Positions 50,401 to 62,300 of a DNA stretch of 64,000 nt are shown one piece after another. Both the position numbers and the translations under genes were made by a program. This stretch comes from Octopus bimaculoides (Eukaryota). The notes beneath the pieces are model-generated. The model ran no database searches. It was not told the origin of the DNA and saw only the letters and a program-made list of their open reading frames with translations. Within the stretch, counting starts at the first letter, position 1, and each line of letters starts with the position of its first letter. The stretch lies in contig NC_068993.1 of the NCBI RefSeq assembly GCF_001194135.2, positions 730,730-794,729 of the forward strand, written 5' to 3'.

Positions 50401-51422
50401 NNNNNNNNNNNNNNNNNNNNNNNNNNNNNNNNNNNNNNNNNNNNNNNNNNNNNNNNNNNNNNNNNNNNNNNNNNNNNNNNNNNNNNNNNNNNNNNNNNNN
50501 NNNNNNNNNNNNNNNNNNNNNNNNNNNNNNNNNNNNNNNNTTTTTTTTTTTTTTTTTTTTCTCCCCTTTATTTTTGGGGTTTCATTCAGATTAAGACATA
50601 AAAATTCTGAATTTTGATTTTAAACATTGATAAAGTGAAGAAATTGGTCTCTGATGTAATCTGTTTTGTTTCACATCTGACACAGTGTTGATGTAAAAAA
50701 ATAAAAAGATTTTATGGATCTAAGAATTAAAATTTTCAATTCAGTCTTTTAGAAATTTTCAATTCTAATACGGTTTTGATTTAAAAGTTCTTCATTTTTT
50801 GGAATTTAGTTTGTTAAATAATTGTTCTATGTTTTCAGCTGTTGTCATCTACTTTGCATTTCTTTATTCAGACAAAAAAAAAATGTCTTTTAGAACAGCT
50901 AGATCTTTGGTTCCTCAAAGACTACTGTTACCTATGCATTTTGTTTCCTTCCTTTATTTTTTGCTTAAATCTATGATATTCTAGCAAATGACTAGCAAAG
51001 TCAATCATTTAGAAATAAGTTTCATTATTATTTGAAGAGATTTTCCTTGGCAAATTATTTAAGGTATGTTATTTCTTTTCTAAAAGAGAAACAGAGACCA
51101 GGGTAGCCCTGATGGATATGTGTACAGTTGAGAAATATACTCATGTGAAACATGATATATTTTATTGCAGCTGCAGACTTAAAGTTTTGGTCATATTCTT
51201 CATTTGGTATTCTTTATTAAAATAGTTAAACCAGTTTTTTTTCTTAACTTCAATTTTGATACTTTTGTATCATTAGACTTGTTAAAATTTAACTTTTGGG
51301 ACGCACTTAAAAGAAAGTTATACCAATTGTAAAAATGGTGATGATGACTACTGTGTGTGTGTGTGTGTGTGTGTGTGAAGCAGAGAAATTTAAGGAATTG
51401 AAAGTATAAATTTTTGCATTTT

Positions 51423-51456
<34 letters not shown>

Positions 51457-54400
51457 NNNNNNNNNNNNNNNNNNNNNNNNNNNNNNNNNNNNNNNNNNNN
51501 NNNNNNNNNNNNNNNNNNNNNNNNNNNNNNNNNNNNNNNNNNNNNNNNNNNNNNNNNNNNNNNNNNNNNNNNNNNNNNNNNNNNNNNNNNNNNNNNNNNN
51601 NNNNNNNNNNNNNNNNNNNNNNNNNNNNNNNNNNNNNNNNNNNNNNNNNNNNNNNNNNNNNNNNNNNNNNNNNNNNNNNNNNNNNNNNNNNNNNNNNNNN
51701 NNNNNNNNNNNNNNNNNNNNNNNNNNNNNNNNNNNNNNNNNNNNNNNNNNNNNNNNNNNNNNNNNNNNNNNNNNNNNNNNNNNNNNNNNNNNNNNNNNNN
51801 NNNNNNNNNNNNNNNNNNNNNNNNNNNNNNNNNNNNNNNNNNNNNNNNNNNNNNNNNNNNNNNNNNNNNNNNNNNNNNNNNNNNNNNNNNNNNNNNNNNN
51901 NNNNNNNNNNNNNNNNNNNNNNNNNNNNNNNNNNNNNNNNATTTTCTCTCTCTCTCTCCTTAAACGCCAATTCCAAGATGACTCTAGCAAATAAAACTGA
52001 AGATTATATCTTAATCCCTCAGCGAGGTGTTGATTCCCTCATAGCCAAGAAGTTTTTAAAACACTATTTCATAGCGTTATTTACTTACAATTTCCAAACT
52101 ATAGAATATCCTTGTTTTGCATTTATTGACAAACTTCAACAGTTTGATTGATATCTTGTTGCTTATGGCGTCGGCGTCTTTGGTGAGACAAAAACTGATG
52201 GAAAGCAGGACAAACGGTGAAGGGAACTTTTGTTCAGATTAACAAAAAAAAAAAAAAATCGATTCAGAGTTAATCAGGGATCTCAGTCAAGTAATTCTGC
52301 TGTAAATGATAAAGTTGTGAACCTCTCGATGACAGAACTTTTCCATGTCGGTAATTTAGTTCTATTTTATAAGAATAGTTGAAAATTATTTCATTAACAT
52401 TTCCTTGTAAAATTTATCACACAATTTTTGTAACTTTTTATTTTTTATACATAGGTTTTTAACAACATAAATTTGACCTTTTTAACGAACTAATTCAATA
52501 ATTTCCTCCCAACATGTAGTCTCCCCTTAAATGTCCTATTTTAAATTTTCTCACAATGCCGCCGTATGAGTTTTCACACCAAATTAATATCGTATAATGT
52601 TAGACGAGTGTTTCCAGACACTCTCCATACAAAGCAATTAATTATTCATTTGATTAATTAGTGAAATATGCATGGTCACAACTGTAGTTAAAGAACAACT
52701 TGAAGAAATGTTTCTTTTATAGCTTATAAGACTTAGATTTAATAAACAACTTTTTTTTCCTAAATATCAAGGAAGTTTTATTTAATTACAATTTAAAGTC
52801 CGTTAGGATGCCTTCCCCCCTCCCTTCCCTAAAACAATCAAGGATGACTGTAAATATCTTTTATTTGTTTATATAAATTAAACTTATTGGAATGTCCAAG
52901 AATATAGCTTAGTTTGCAGTCAATGTAAATTCTTCTAAAATAACCTGCTTTATATTGCCAAGTTTTTCTAATTCTATGAATATCTTGAAAATAATGTCCA
53001 AGTCAAATGTAAAAAAAACACTAAGCTGAAATTTAGTAAAAATAGTTCATTCAAAACCGGTTTGAGATATTTCTCTGCAATAAAATATTTAAAACTTTCT
53101 TTTACTTTCTAAATATTTATCAAACCATTAAAAATATATTTTTAAACTATTCAATTGAATACTTTTAATTCATAAGATGGAATATCTTTGAAATTTATGA
53201 AGAAAGTCAATTGCAAGAAATATTTAAAAAGTTAATCTTAGTATCTTAAATTGATATATAAACTGCTTGCAATTCTTCTGTGTTCTTTTTTATACAACAA
53301 TTTTAGAATTTCAAACTAAATGCTGCTGTAAAATCCAGCTGTTTTCATGAGTTTCAAATGTAAGGTCTGTTTTGTTTTTGAAATATTATATTTTTGATCT
53401 TAGGAGGTGATTGTTTGTATTTCAAATGAAACTGTTTAAAGGTTAATCTTTAATACTAGTGTTTATTTTCTGTGTTAGATATCACCAAGTAAAAGAATAG
53501 ATTTATATAGAAAACTTATTATTACCTGTCTATGGATTACAACTTAACAACCATGTGTCATTAGGAATAACTTTATGCAAATTACAAAATATACTTGGTG
53601 AGGCAATATCATTTTTCAAGAGATAGGGAAAAATGAGAGTGGATTTTTTGTTTGGTTCTTTTTCATGATGTTGGTATAGAAGTGAATATTTCCATATATG
53701 TGAGATTATTCTGTGACAATAGATGACATTCTTGATGTTTTGTATAAGAGGGTGCAGCGATATGATTCTCAGATAATCTTTATTCAGAAACTGATGTGAA
53801 TTCTAAATTAAATTTATAAAGTTGCAAGTTAAACATAAGAAATTTTTTTTTTATTTCCAGGAAAGAAATATTGATGTCTGAGTGAAGAATGTTTCAGATG
53901 TTGATTAATGAATGTCAGAGAATATTTGGGGTAAATAATGTTGACTTAATCAAGCAAAGGTGGTTAGTTTAGGAAATGTATAGTTTGATGAAACTTTTCT
54001 ATATAATAGTTGCATGAGAATTAAGGCAAGTCGCAGCAGATGCATACCTTTGTTCTAACCAATATTCTTAGATTCTTCATCATTATTCCTTTGGGACTCT
54101 GGTTTTAGTTTCTCCTATTAACACACTAAAAACAAACCACCCACATAAAAATAACCAAAAAAAAATTTTTTAATGTATAATTTAATTCTTTCAAAGCATG
54201 GATTTTACATGATTTTTCTCTGTAAAAATCATTTTCTGTAATTAACTTATTTAGAAATTTAGTGTGTTTTCTATTTCTAAAATAGTTGAAAGCTAAAATT
54301 GACAAGTTAAACAATTTTGAAGTAGTCACAATCCAACATTTGGATTCAGGATTTTTCATGATTTCTTCTGACTAGGCACAACATGAATTTTGCAAGGGAG

Positions 54401-56820
54401 ACGTATAGTCTGTTGAATTATCCCCTATATATTACTGGTATTTATTGATCCCAAACTAATGATGAAAAGCAAAATTGATGTTGGCGAGAAGACCAAGATG
54501 TGAAACTAGATACTCCTAAAAGGCATTCCCTCCTTCTCATTCCTGTGCTTCATTCATCTTAACATCTGCAAATGATGGAAAGTGTTTCTTATATTGGATT
54601 GTCAGAACATTAGAATGTCTTGGAGAATATTTTCAATTTCTATAAGCACCTTCAATAACCAGGATTGACTGCTGTTTGGATTGGAATCTTATACATATTA
54701 ATGTTTGTTTTTACATTAATCTGATGGATTACTCATTACTTTTGTAGAGTACAAGTTTATTATTCTTAAATGTGAATGTTGTTGACAGTAACTTTGAAGT
54801 TTCGGCCAGTTAAGTCATCATTGGACTACCTGTCCGGTGATGGCTTAACTGGCCAAAACTTTGAAGTCGCTGTCAATAATATTCTTGTTTAAGAATGATA
54901 TAATATTTCTCTGATTGGTTATGATTAAATGACTGCTGAAGCTATGTAATGCAGTGTGCATTACATAATACACATGACTAAATTGTTGACATCCTTGTTT
55001 ATTGGATGTTTAGTCAGTCTCTTGCACAATGATGAAACAATTGTAAACCATGGAATAAATGTAATACCATATACTCCATTCTTCACACACACATATATAT
55101 AAAGCAGTATAGTAACATTTAAGTGTTGCTAAGATGCTTGGAATGATATAAATGGTGGTGGTCACAGACGGAATGCCACCTTTCAGTATTTAGTTCCCGT
55201 CCTTATACATTCCGAAATCCAATCTTGCCATAGTCAATGTTGCTTCTCATTTCTCCAGGGAGAAGCACATATATACCAGTCATATACTAGGCTCATTTCA
55301 ACTGACTATATCCCTTCTTCCCTACAAATTTGTGGGTTTTTTTGCCAATCTGAAAAATATGTCTTCTAGAAGTGGTTTAATAAACATTTAAGAAATCCTA
55401 AATGAATTTTATATCCATAAAAACCAAAAACAAAACTAAGATATAAATAAAATGATTTGGAACTGAAATTAGGGGTTTAATTAAAAATAAAATTAATGCA
55501 ATTCTGAACACTGCCTTTCACCAAAGAACTGTTTTCTTCTTGGAGTAAAGGTTAGTGTTGGAATAGATGAAACTTGTTCTTCATGATTTTTAAGTCTGAT
55601 GTTATTTCCATCTTTGTGAAACAACATGCTGGATGTTTATAATATTAAATCTACTACTGATAGATGGAACTGGCATGAACAAAGGTTTTCTATGTGACTT
55701 TGAGAATGATTGGTGATTCTATAGAGAAGGAGCAATACAGGGCTGTTTGTAGATGATTCTTTTATGGAATTATCTTTTGGGAGCAGTGACCAGGTTCAAC
55801 ATGGTGGAAGACTGAATATAGCAGTTTATGCAGATATCACTTCACACGACAATTAATGCCACTTTTTACAAATGTCTGATTATTGAAAAAACAAAACAAA
55901 AACAAGGGAAACCTATTAACCATTGTAGAGAAATCCAATTGGTTACTTGTGGTGGTGGTAGTTGTTTTTTCTGCAGAGTGAAGTCGGCACCTTACAGTGT
56001 CAAAGCATATTCACTTTCTAAATATTGTTTCTCTGACGGCTAATTCTTCAGTCTGTCGCAATGTATTCTACTAAGAAACCAAACATCTACTGTCCTGTTT
56101 ATCTACCTATCTAGCCATCCATCTATCTGTGTCTATTTATCTATTGATCTGTGTGTCTATCCATCTATCTACCTACCTACCTACCTACCTACCTACCTAT
56201 CTATGTCTTATCTCTCTATTTACCTATCTTATCCTACCCTGTGTAAGTGTATGCGCCAGCTGCACGACCCACAATCAATGCTTGATCTGCCTTTTTACAC
56301 GGGACTGCTCCCATATTTACATTTCCTTATTGCTAAGAATTTCAAGTTGCAATCACACTTCAATTCTTCTTTTCTGACCAACAAAGTTGCATAAAAAATA
56401 AAATGTTTTTTTCAGCTTTGAAAACCTCACTGCCATGCCCTTGTTTATATTTTTCAATCACCTGACATGAAACTATTTTCACGTCTCTCTTCTGTTACCT
56501 TTTTAATATTTTTTCCCCTCATAACTAATGAAAAAAACTTGCCCAACAACACAATAAGAGATGTTTATAAACAGATTTTTTTTTTTTTTCAAAACCAGCC
56601 AAAATGTTTCAGAATTCTACTGTTCTATTGATGGTATCTTTATGTTCTTTCAAATCAATCTTTTTGGAAACTGATGCAGCTTTGATGAATTTCAAAATTA
56701 AAAAAAAAAATATTTGTTTCTTGTCGAAATAATTTAAAAAATGAGTTTGGGGTTTTTATTGCTAATTTAAGAGAAATTTTTCCAATAAAGATGTGTGTTT
56801 TTGCTATTGTATTGAGCTAA
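47408..56820 (+). other. Putative long 3' UTR of neurocalcin (3' end uncertain)
   Basis: Very AT/U-rich and free of recognisable SINEs until ~54380. Many AATAAA hexamers, including 56784-56789 followed by a GT/T-rich tract. No transcript evidence is available. Confidence 0.4.
54758..54900. repeat. 143-nt inverted repeat (68-bp arms, 7-nt loop)
   Basis: Arms 54758-54825 and 54833-54900 are 54/68 identical when aligned ungapped. Confidence 0.9.
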
Positions 56821-57639
56821 AATTGATTATTTAGCTTACTTTCAATGTAAAAGAGGAAGTAAAAAAAACAAACAAACCAGCAAACAATGCTATAACATAC
56901 AAAAATAAATGTCATGTATGAGACAATAGTCCAGTGATCAAGACTCAAGTATGATGGACAAAGTACCTAACGAGTAATTAAAAAAAACAAACAAACAACA
57001 AACTAACATGTTCTATATAAAATATTTCGGGTCATTGCAAGAAAATGGAACAAGATGATTAAAAAAAAAAAAAGAGAAGCAAAGCAACTACTATGCTAGA
57101 GAAAGATTTTGTGAAGAGAACACTGCTAATAGAGTGTGTGCCAAAACAGTTGAGAGGAATTTTATTTGAACTTTTGTTAGATTTCTGATTACTGTTTGGA
57201 ATATAAGAAAATGGTTTCTGTAAGTAATGGAAATATTAAAGAAAGCCAAAAACAAAAAAAAAATTATGAAAAGAAAAAAATACGGTACCCCAAGATCAGA
57301 TATCGTTCTTGAAGGATTTTGTTGTATTTTGAACTGTTTCAATTAACAAAGGTGTCTGGAGGGAAAAGTCTGTAGCACAATGTGTTAGGAAGTCGTTAGA
57401 GGTCGGTTTAATTGAGGGAAGAGATTTGAAAGTCTTTCTTTTCTTGAAAATGGTGATTATTTCCTAAAAATTCTGATCTTGTTTCATAGAAGAAAGAAAA
57501 AAAAAAAGTCGTTTTATGCTTAAAATGTCAGGCACGATATAAGACCTCCAACAGAAGTGGAACGATTTCTCATAGGAATCAAAATTGGATTTCTGTATTT
57601 TTAGAAAGTTAACACCAAAGACAATAAAATGTAATTTTA

Positions 57640-58050
57640 AGGCTCCAATCTGATCTGGCAAAGTTTCTACAGCTGGATGCTCTTACTAACGCCAACCACT
57701 TTGAGAGTGTAGTGGGTGCTTTTTATGTGCCACCGGCATGGGAGCCAGTCAGGCGGCACTGGCAATGACCAATCTTGAATGGTGCCTTTTACATGCCACC
57801 GACACAGGCATTGACCACGCTCGAATGGTGCTTTGTGGATTTAACATTTGTTTTCCATGCTGGCATGGGTTAGATGGTTTGACCGGGCTGGTCAGCTGGA
57901 GGGCTGCACCAGGCTCCAGTTGTCTATTTTGGCTTGGCTTTTATGGCTGGATACCTTTCCTAATATCAACCAATGTTCAGAGTGGACTGGCTGTCTTTTA
58001 CATGTCATTGGCTCGAGTGCCTTTTATGTGTCACTGGCCACGGCCACGGC
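57640..58050 (-). mobile_element. Two adjacent RTE-tail family repeats
   Basis: The motif gctggatgc(c)cttcctaa(c)gccaacca occurs twice (~57671 and ~57946). Confidence 0.75.
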
Positions 58051-58289
58051 CATGATTTCTCCGAGCTTGATGTGTCTTCTCAAATCGCCAGAAGTCTTGG
58101 TCACTTGTCAATCACCTCCGTGAAACTCAACAACCAAAGATCATATTTCATCACCTTGTCCTGTGTCTACCTCTTCAACAGGTTCCTTTCGTGTTCACAC
58201 ACAATGTCTGTGTGTATATTTATGTATAAATACAAATGTATAATACTTCTATGGTTGCCTCTTGTCTCTCTGAGAAAGACTGTTCTGCA

Positions 58290-58556
58290 GTTTCTTTGTC
58301 GAACGACCTGCACCAATGATTTGTTTATTGTAGCCAAATGTTTTTGTGTTGCACATCAGCTCGCTCCCTGCATCCAACCGACATTGCCACTAGAGGGAGG
58401 CACAAGTTTGCCATGCATCAGACATTGGAATGGTCACATAGCAAAGTGGCATGAATTGTTTTGCTCAAGAACACAGCATACTGCCCGGTCTTAGAATTGA
58501 ACCACAGTCTCATGGTAATGAGTGCAACACCCTAATCACTAAGCCATGTGCCTTCA
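58290..58556 (-). mobile_element. tRNA-derived SINE, family B, older copy
   Basis: Similar to 59135-59415 along its length. Confidence 0.6.
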
Positions 58557-58600
58557 CACACACACATATAAGTATATCTATGCTTTTGTCTGTCTGTCTG

Positions 58601-58834
58601 TCTATACAATATGCATTCCAGAAGTTTTGAGACGTTTTTCAGGAGAGACATTTATTTCAAAGAAGTACAAAATTCTGATCTCCTTCAAAGTTGGACCCTC
58701 ATACTGCAATGCACTTGTTCTGGTGCACCAGCCACTTCATAAAGGGTCCCATGAATGTCCTCCGAAGAGAAGGTGTCCAGGACTCTTGCCATAGCCCCCT
58801 TCAGCTTGGGGAACAATCAAAAGTTACAAAAAGC
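58601..58834 (-). mobile_element. mariner transposase 3' remnant with decayed TIR
   Basis: Minus strand reads FCNF*LFPKLK / RVLDTFSSED / FMKWLVHQNKCIAV*GSNFEG, matching the mariner C-terminal motifs PCDFWLFPKLK and NKCIxxxGxYFEG. Confidence 0.75.
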
Positions 58835-59134
58835 AAAAGTGAAGGGCACTGTTAGGGTTCGTCACAGAGTGTCCTGGCATGAAATTCCGTGCCTCTTTGG
58901 ATCTACAAGAGTAATTAAGGCAGCAAGTTGATAAATCGTTAATGCTTAGCAGCGTTTCTTCTGACTTTACTGCCAAGGTTGACTTTGCCTTTCATCCTTC
59001 CGGGGTCAATAAAATAGGTACCAGTTGTACACTGGAGACAATGTACTTACTCTTTCCACCGAAACTGCTGGCCTTGTGTCAAAATTGGAAATTGATATTG
59101 ATGTTAATAAGTGTATGTATATGTGCATATATAC

Positions 59135-59415
59135 ATATGATGTATGAGGGTTTGACAATTTCCTACTGAACAACCACACAAATGATTTGTATATAGCGAT
59201 CAAATGTTTGTGGAGACATAAGCTCACTTCCTCCAACAAATCGATATTACCTGTTCAGGTGCAACTGGGTGCTACCACATGTCAGGTGTCGAAATGATCG
59301 CAGAGCAATGTGAAATGAAGCACTTTGCTTGAGAACACAACGCCCAGTCTGGGAATCGAACCCACGATCTCGCAATCGTGAGTGTAACATCCTGACTACT
59401 AAGCCATGCACCTTC
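59135..59415 (-). mobile_element. tRNA-derived SINE, family B, full length
   Basis: Reverse complement matches 30872-31100, which has an internal deletion, and 58290-58556. Confidence 0.75.
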
Positions 59416-59439
59416 ATACACACACACATACATATGTAT

Positions 59440-59610
59440 AGGTGCAAGTGTGGCTCTGTGGTAAGAAATTTGCTTCCCAACCCCATGGTCCCAGGTTCAA
59501 TCCCACTGCATAGCACTTTGAGCAAGTGTCTTTTACTGGAGACCCAAGCTGACTAAAGCCTTGTGAATGGGTTTAGTTGATGGAAACTGAAAGAAACCTC
59601 TTGTATATGT
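59440..59610 (+). mobile_element. tRNA-derived SINE, family A head
   Basis: gtggctctgtggtaag (A-box-like) and ggttcaatccc (B-box-like). Confidence 0.7.
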
Positions 59611-59880
59611 ATGTATATATTGTTTGTTTGTGTTACTGTCTCATTTGCTTGGCTTCAAGTGATAGTTGTATATGAATGTCACCATCATGCAAGTGGTGTC
59701 CTTCCAATGAAAATGTGTCTAGTCAAAGGAAGTTTTACTTTGCTTGGAAAGAGGTAAGGATTAGTGACAGGAAGGGCATCCCAGCTGCAGGAAATCCACC
59801 TGAACAAACTCTGTCCTTCTCATGCAAGCATGGAAAAGTGGATGTTAAACAATTGTGATGTGTGTGTGTATAAATATATG

Positions 59881-59920
<40 letters not shown>

Positions 59921-59930
59921 TTACAATTGT

Positions 59931-59983
59931 TAGAGTGCCTCTATATAGTGTGCCACTCGGGCACACTATATAGAGGCACTCTA
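59931..59983. repeat. Perfect 24-bp inverted repeat with a 5-nt loop
   Basis: tagagtgcctctatatagtgtgcc-ACTCG-ggcacactatatagaggcactcta. Confidence 0.95.
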
Positions 59984-61869
59984 TCGATGAATGATGTCAG
60001 GGAACAGAGACCTGTGCATAAAGTTCTCAGATCAGCTAATCCCAGATTAAGGACATTACACTGAAACAACAGGATTTGGTGAACTTATGAATGGTCTGAG
60101 GGAGGTTTAGCTGCTGCTTCTTATGAAGGTGGTTTGCAGTGGAGTGAAATATTTTTCTGTGAAGAAGTTTACCATTTAGAAGAGAATCCTTCGGTAAACT
60201 CTGCCCTTTGTCAACAGGAAATGGTTCTGCCAAAAATATGAAATTTACTCATGGAAAAATAATTTGGTTGAAAGTAAGACAGTCTTAGATTTCATCCTGA
60301 CATTTGATGTATTTTGGAAGCAAAATATTCTAAACATCTGTTCCTGTTGCCATAGACAATTGGTACTTCATGAAAATTGAGACAGTTTCTGAAAGAGAAT
60401 TAGAAGGAAGGGCCAAAATGTGGATAAATTTTCTGATAAGGATAACTTTTTTGAAATATATGTAACGTATAATCAGCAAACAATTCTAACTGATGGGAAT
60501 TTTAGCAATGGCATTGCAGCAATTGGGTTTCAAAGAAAATCTTCAAGATCTTCGAAATAAAGCACATGTGTGCCATTGCAAAGATTTCCTTCAAAAGAAG
60601 TACATGCTACTCATTAGATTCCAATAAAAGAATAACTACAATTAAAAAAAAAACAAGATCTTTCTGCCAAATCCATTGGTTATCAAAGAAATCCTTTATA
60701 AACTAGAATTTCTTTACATTTTGTTTTTCCTTTTCATTATCTGTCTTGTAGAAGTGAATGTATTATTGTTTCTGCCAGAGGAACATAATACCGAAACACA
60801 GTACTAAAGAATTCACAACAAGAGATGAAGGGAAACAAAGAATATGAATCTGTATTCTTTGATGCAGAAATGGCTGAAGCTAGAAACAATGAGAATAATG
60901 AAAGAAAGATATGAGAAGAATAATAAAGAATTAAATCAAGCTAAATGGTAAATCTATAATTATAGGAAAAAAAGGATATAAATATAAAGGGAAGAAGACG
61001 ACGAAGAAGAAGAAGAAGCTAGATGAGTTCAGTAGACAACATAGTGGAAGAGAAGTCAGTAAATGGATACAACAGGGAAATAAGAATAGGTTTTACATAA
61101 GAATTGAATGAAGAAGAAGAGATTCAAAGGAAGAAAGAGAGAGAGATTATGAAGAATAGAAACTAGCTTCAGCAGCAGATAATGATGTGTGTGTGTGTGT
61201 ATGTAGCATATGTAATGTATTTATGTATATATGTGTATGTAGGCATGCGTGTATGTATGTGTACATGTACTTATGCATATATGTATGTATGAATGCTTCT
61301 TTCTCTCTCTGTGTATAAATGCATGTATGAATGTGTGTCTATGTATGGTATGTGTATATGCATGTACTTATATGTATGTATGTTTCTTTGAAATGATTTT
61401 AAGTTTTACCATTGAAGAATTCAAGCTGGTCACTCACAAGAGGGACTTGTGGTTACCTGAATTGGTTGATGTGTGTGTGTATGGATAAACCTGCACTTGT
61501 GTGTGTGTGTGTTTGTATACTTGTGTGCATACGTATAATGATGATGATAATCAGCATCATCATTTTAAGTTAACTTTCCATGCTGGCATGGGTTGCACAG
61601 ACTGTCATTGTTCATACCAGTTATTATTCAGGGTTACTGCCTTCCTAGATAGGTCAATTAATCATATTTGCTTGTGTACTTCATTTTCAGTTTAGTTTCT
61701 AAAGCTGGATACATTTCCCAACACCAACCTCTTTACAGAACGGACTGGGAACATTTTATTGGGGCACCAAAACTAAAGAGGTTGTCATGTCCTCAGCAAG
61801 ACTAATGAGTCTTCTTGGTCCTGCGTTGTTTCAGCACAGATGCCAACCATTTAAAGACATCTTCTGGTC

Positions 61870-62300
61870 TATTGAACGTACATTATCATGATACCAGATC
61901 TCATGAGTTTGCCGTGTACTCCTATAAGACTAAAAACCTTCACTACTCTCTGTTCACTCAAGCAGTGAGACTAACAGGATGATTGGAAGGTAATGCAATG
62001 ACAGAAGCAAATCCAGGGTGAATGCATGAAAAGAGCAGGAATAGGATACGGAAAGGGGGTGATTGGGGGCTGAGAGGGTGGTTGAGGGATGAGTAATGGA
62101 AGGGAGGCAGTGATGGCAGTTACATGTTTGCTTTTGAGAGTCAACGAGTGATGCATAGCAGAAGAGTTGGGTGGCAGTAAGAGAGATCAATGATAGGTAG
62201 CCTGGGGAAGAGGGAGTAGCGACTAGCGGCACAGATGGAATATGGAATGGTGTTTTGGATAGAAAGAGATCCATAAACCTTGTGATGGGTGAGAGAAACT
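61870..62300 (-). mobile_element. Possible Penelope-like element remnant
   Basis: IQNTIPYS (62238-62260) resembles the PLE motif KNSIPYS, and NS*DLVS (~61889-61909) resembles NLRDLLVHS, in the expected order. Confidence 0.35.

Noticed and set aside
49971-52151. ORFs of 207-258 aa
   Set aside because: They are open only because they cross N-gaps and homopolymers.
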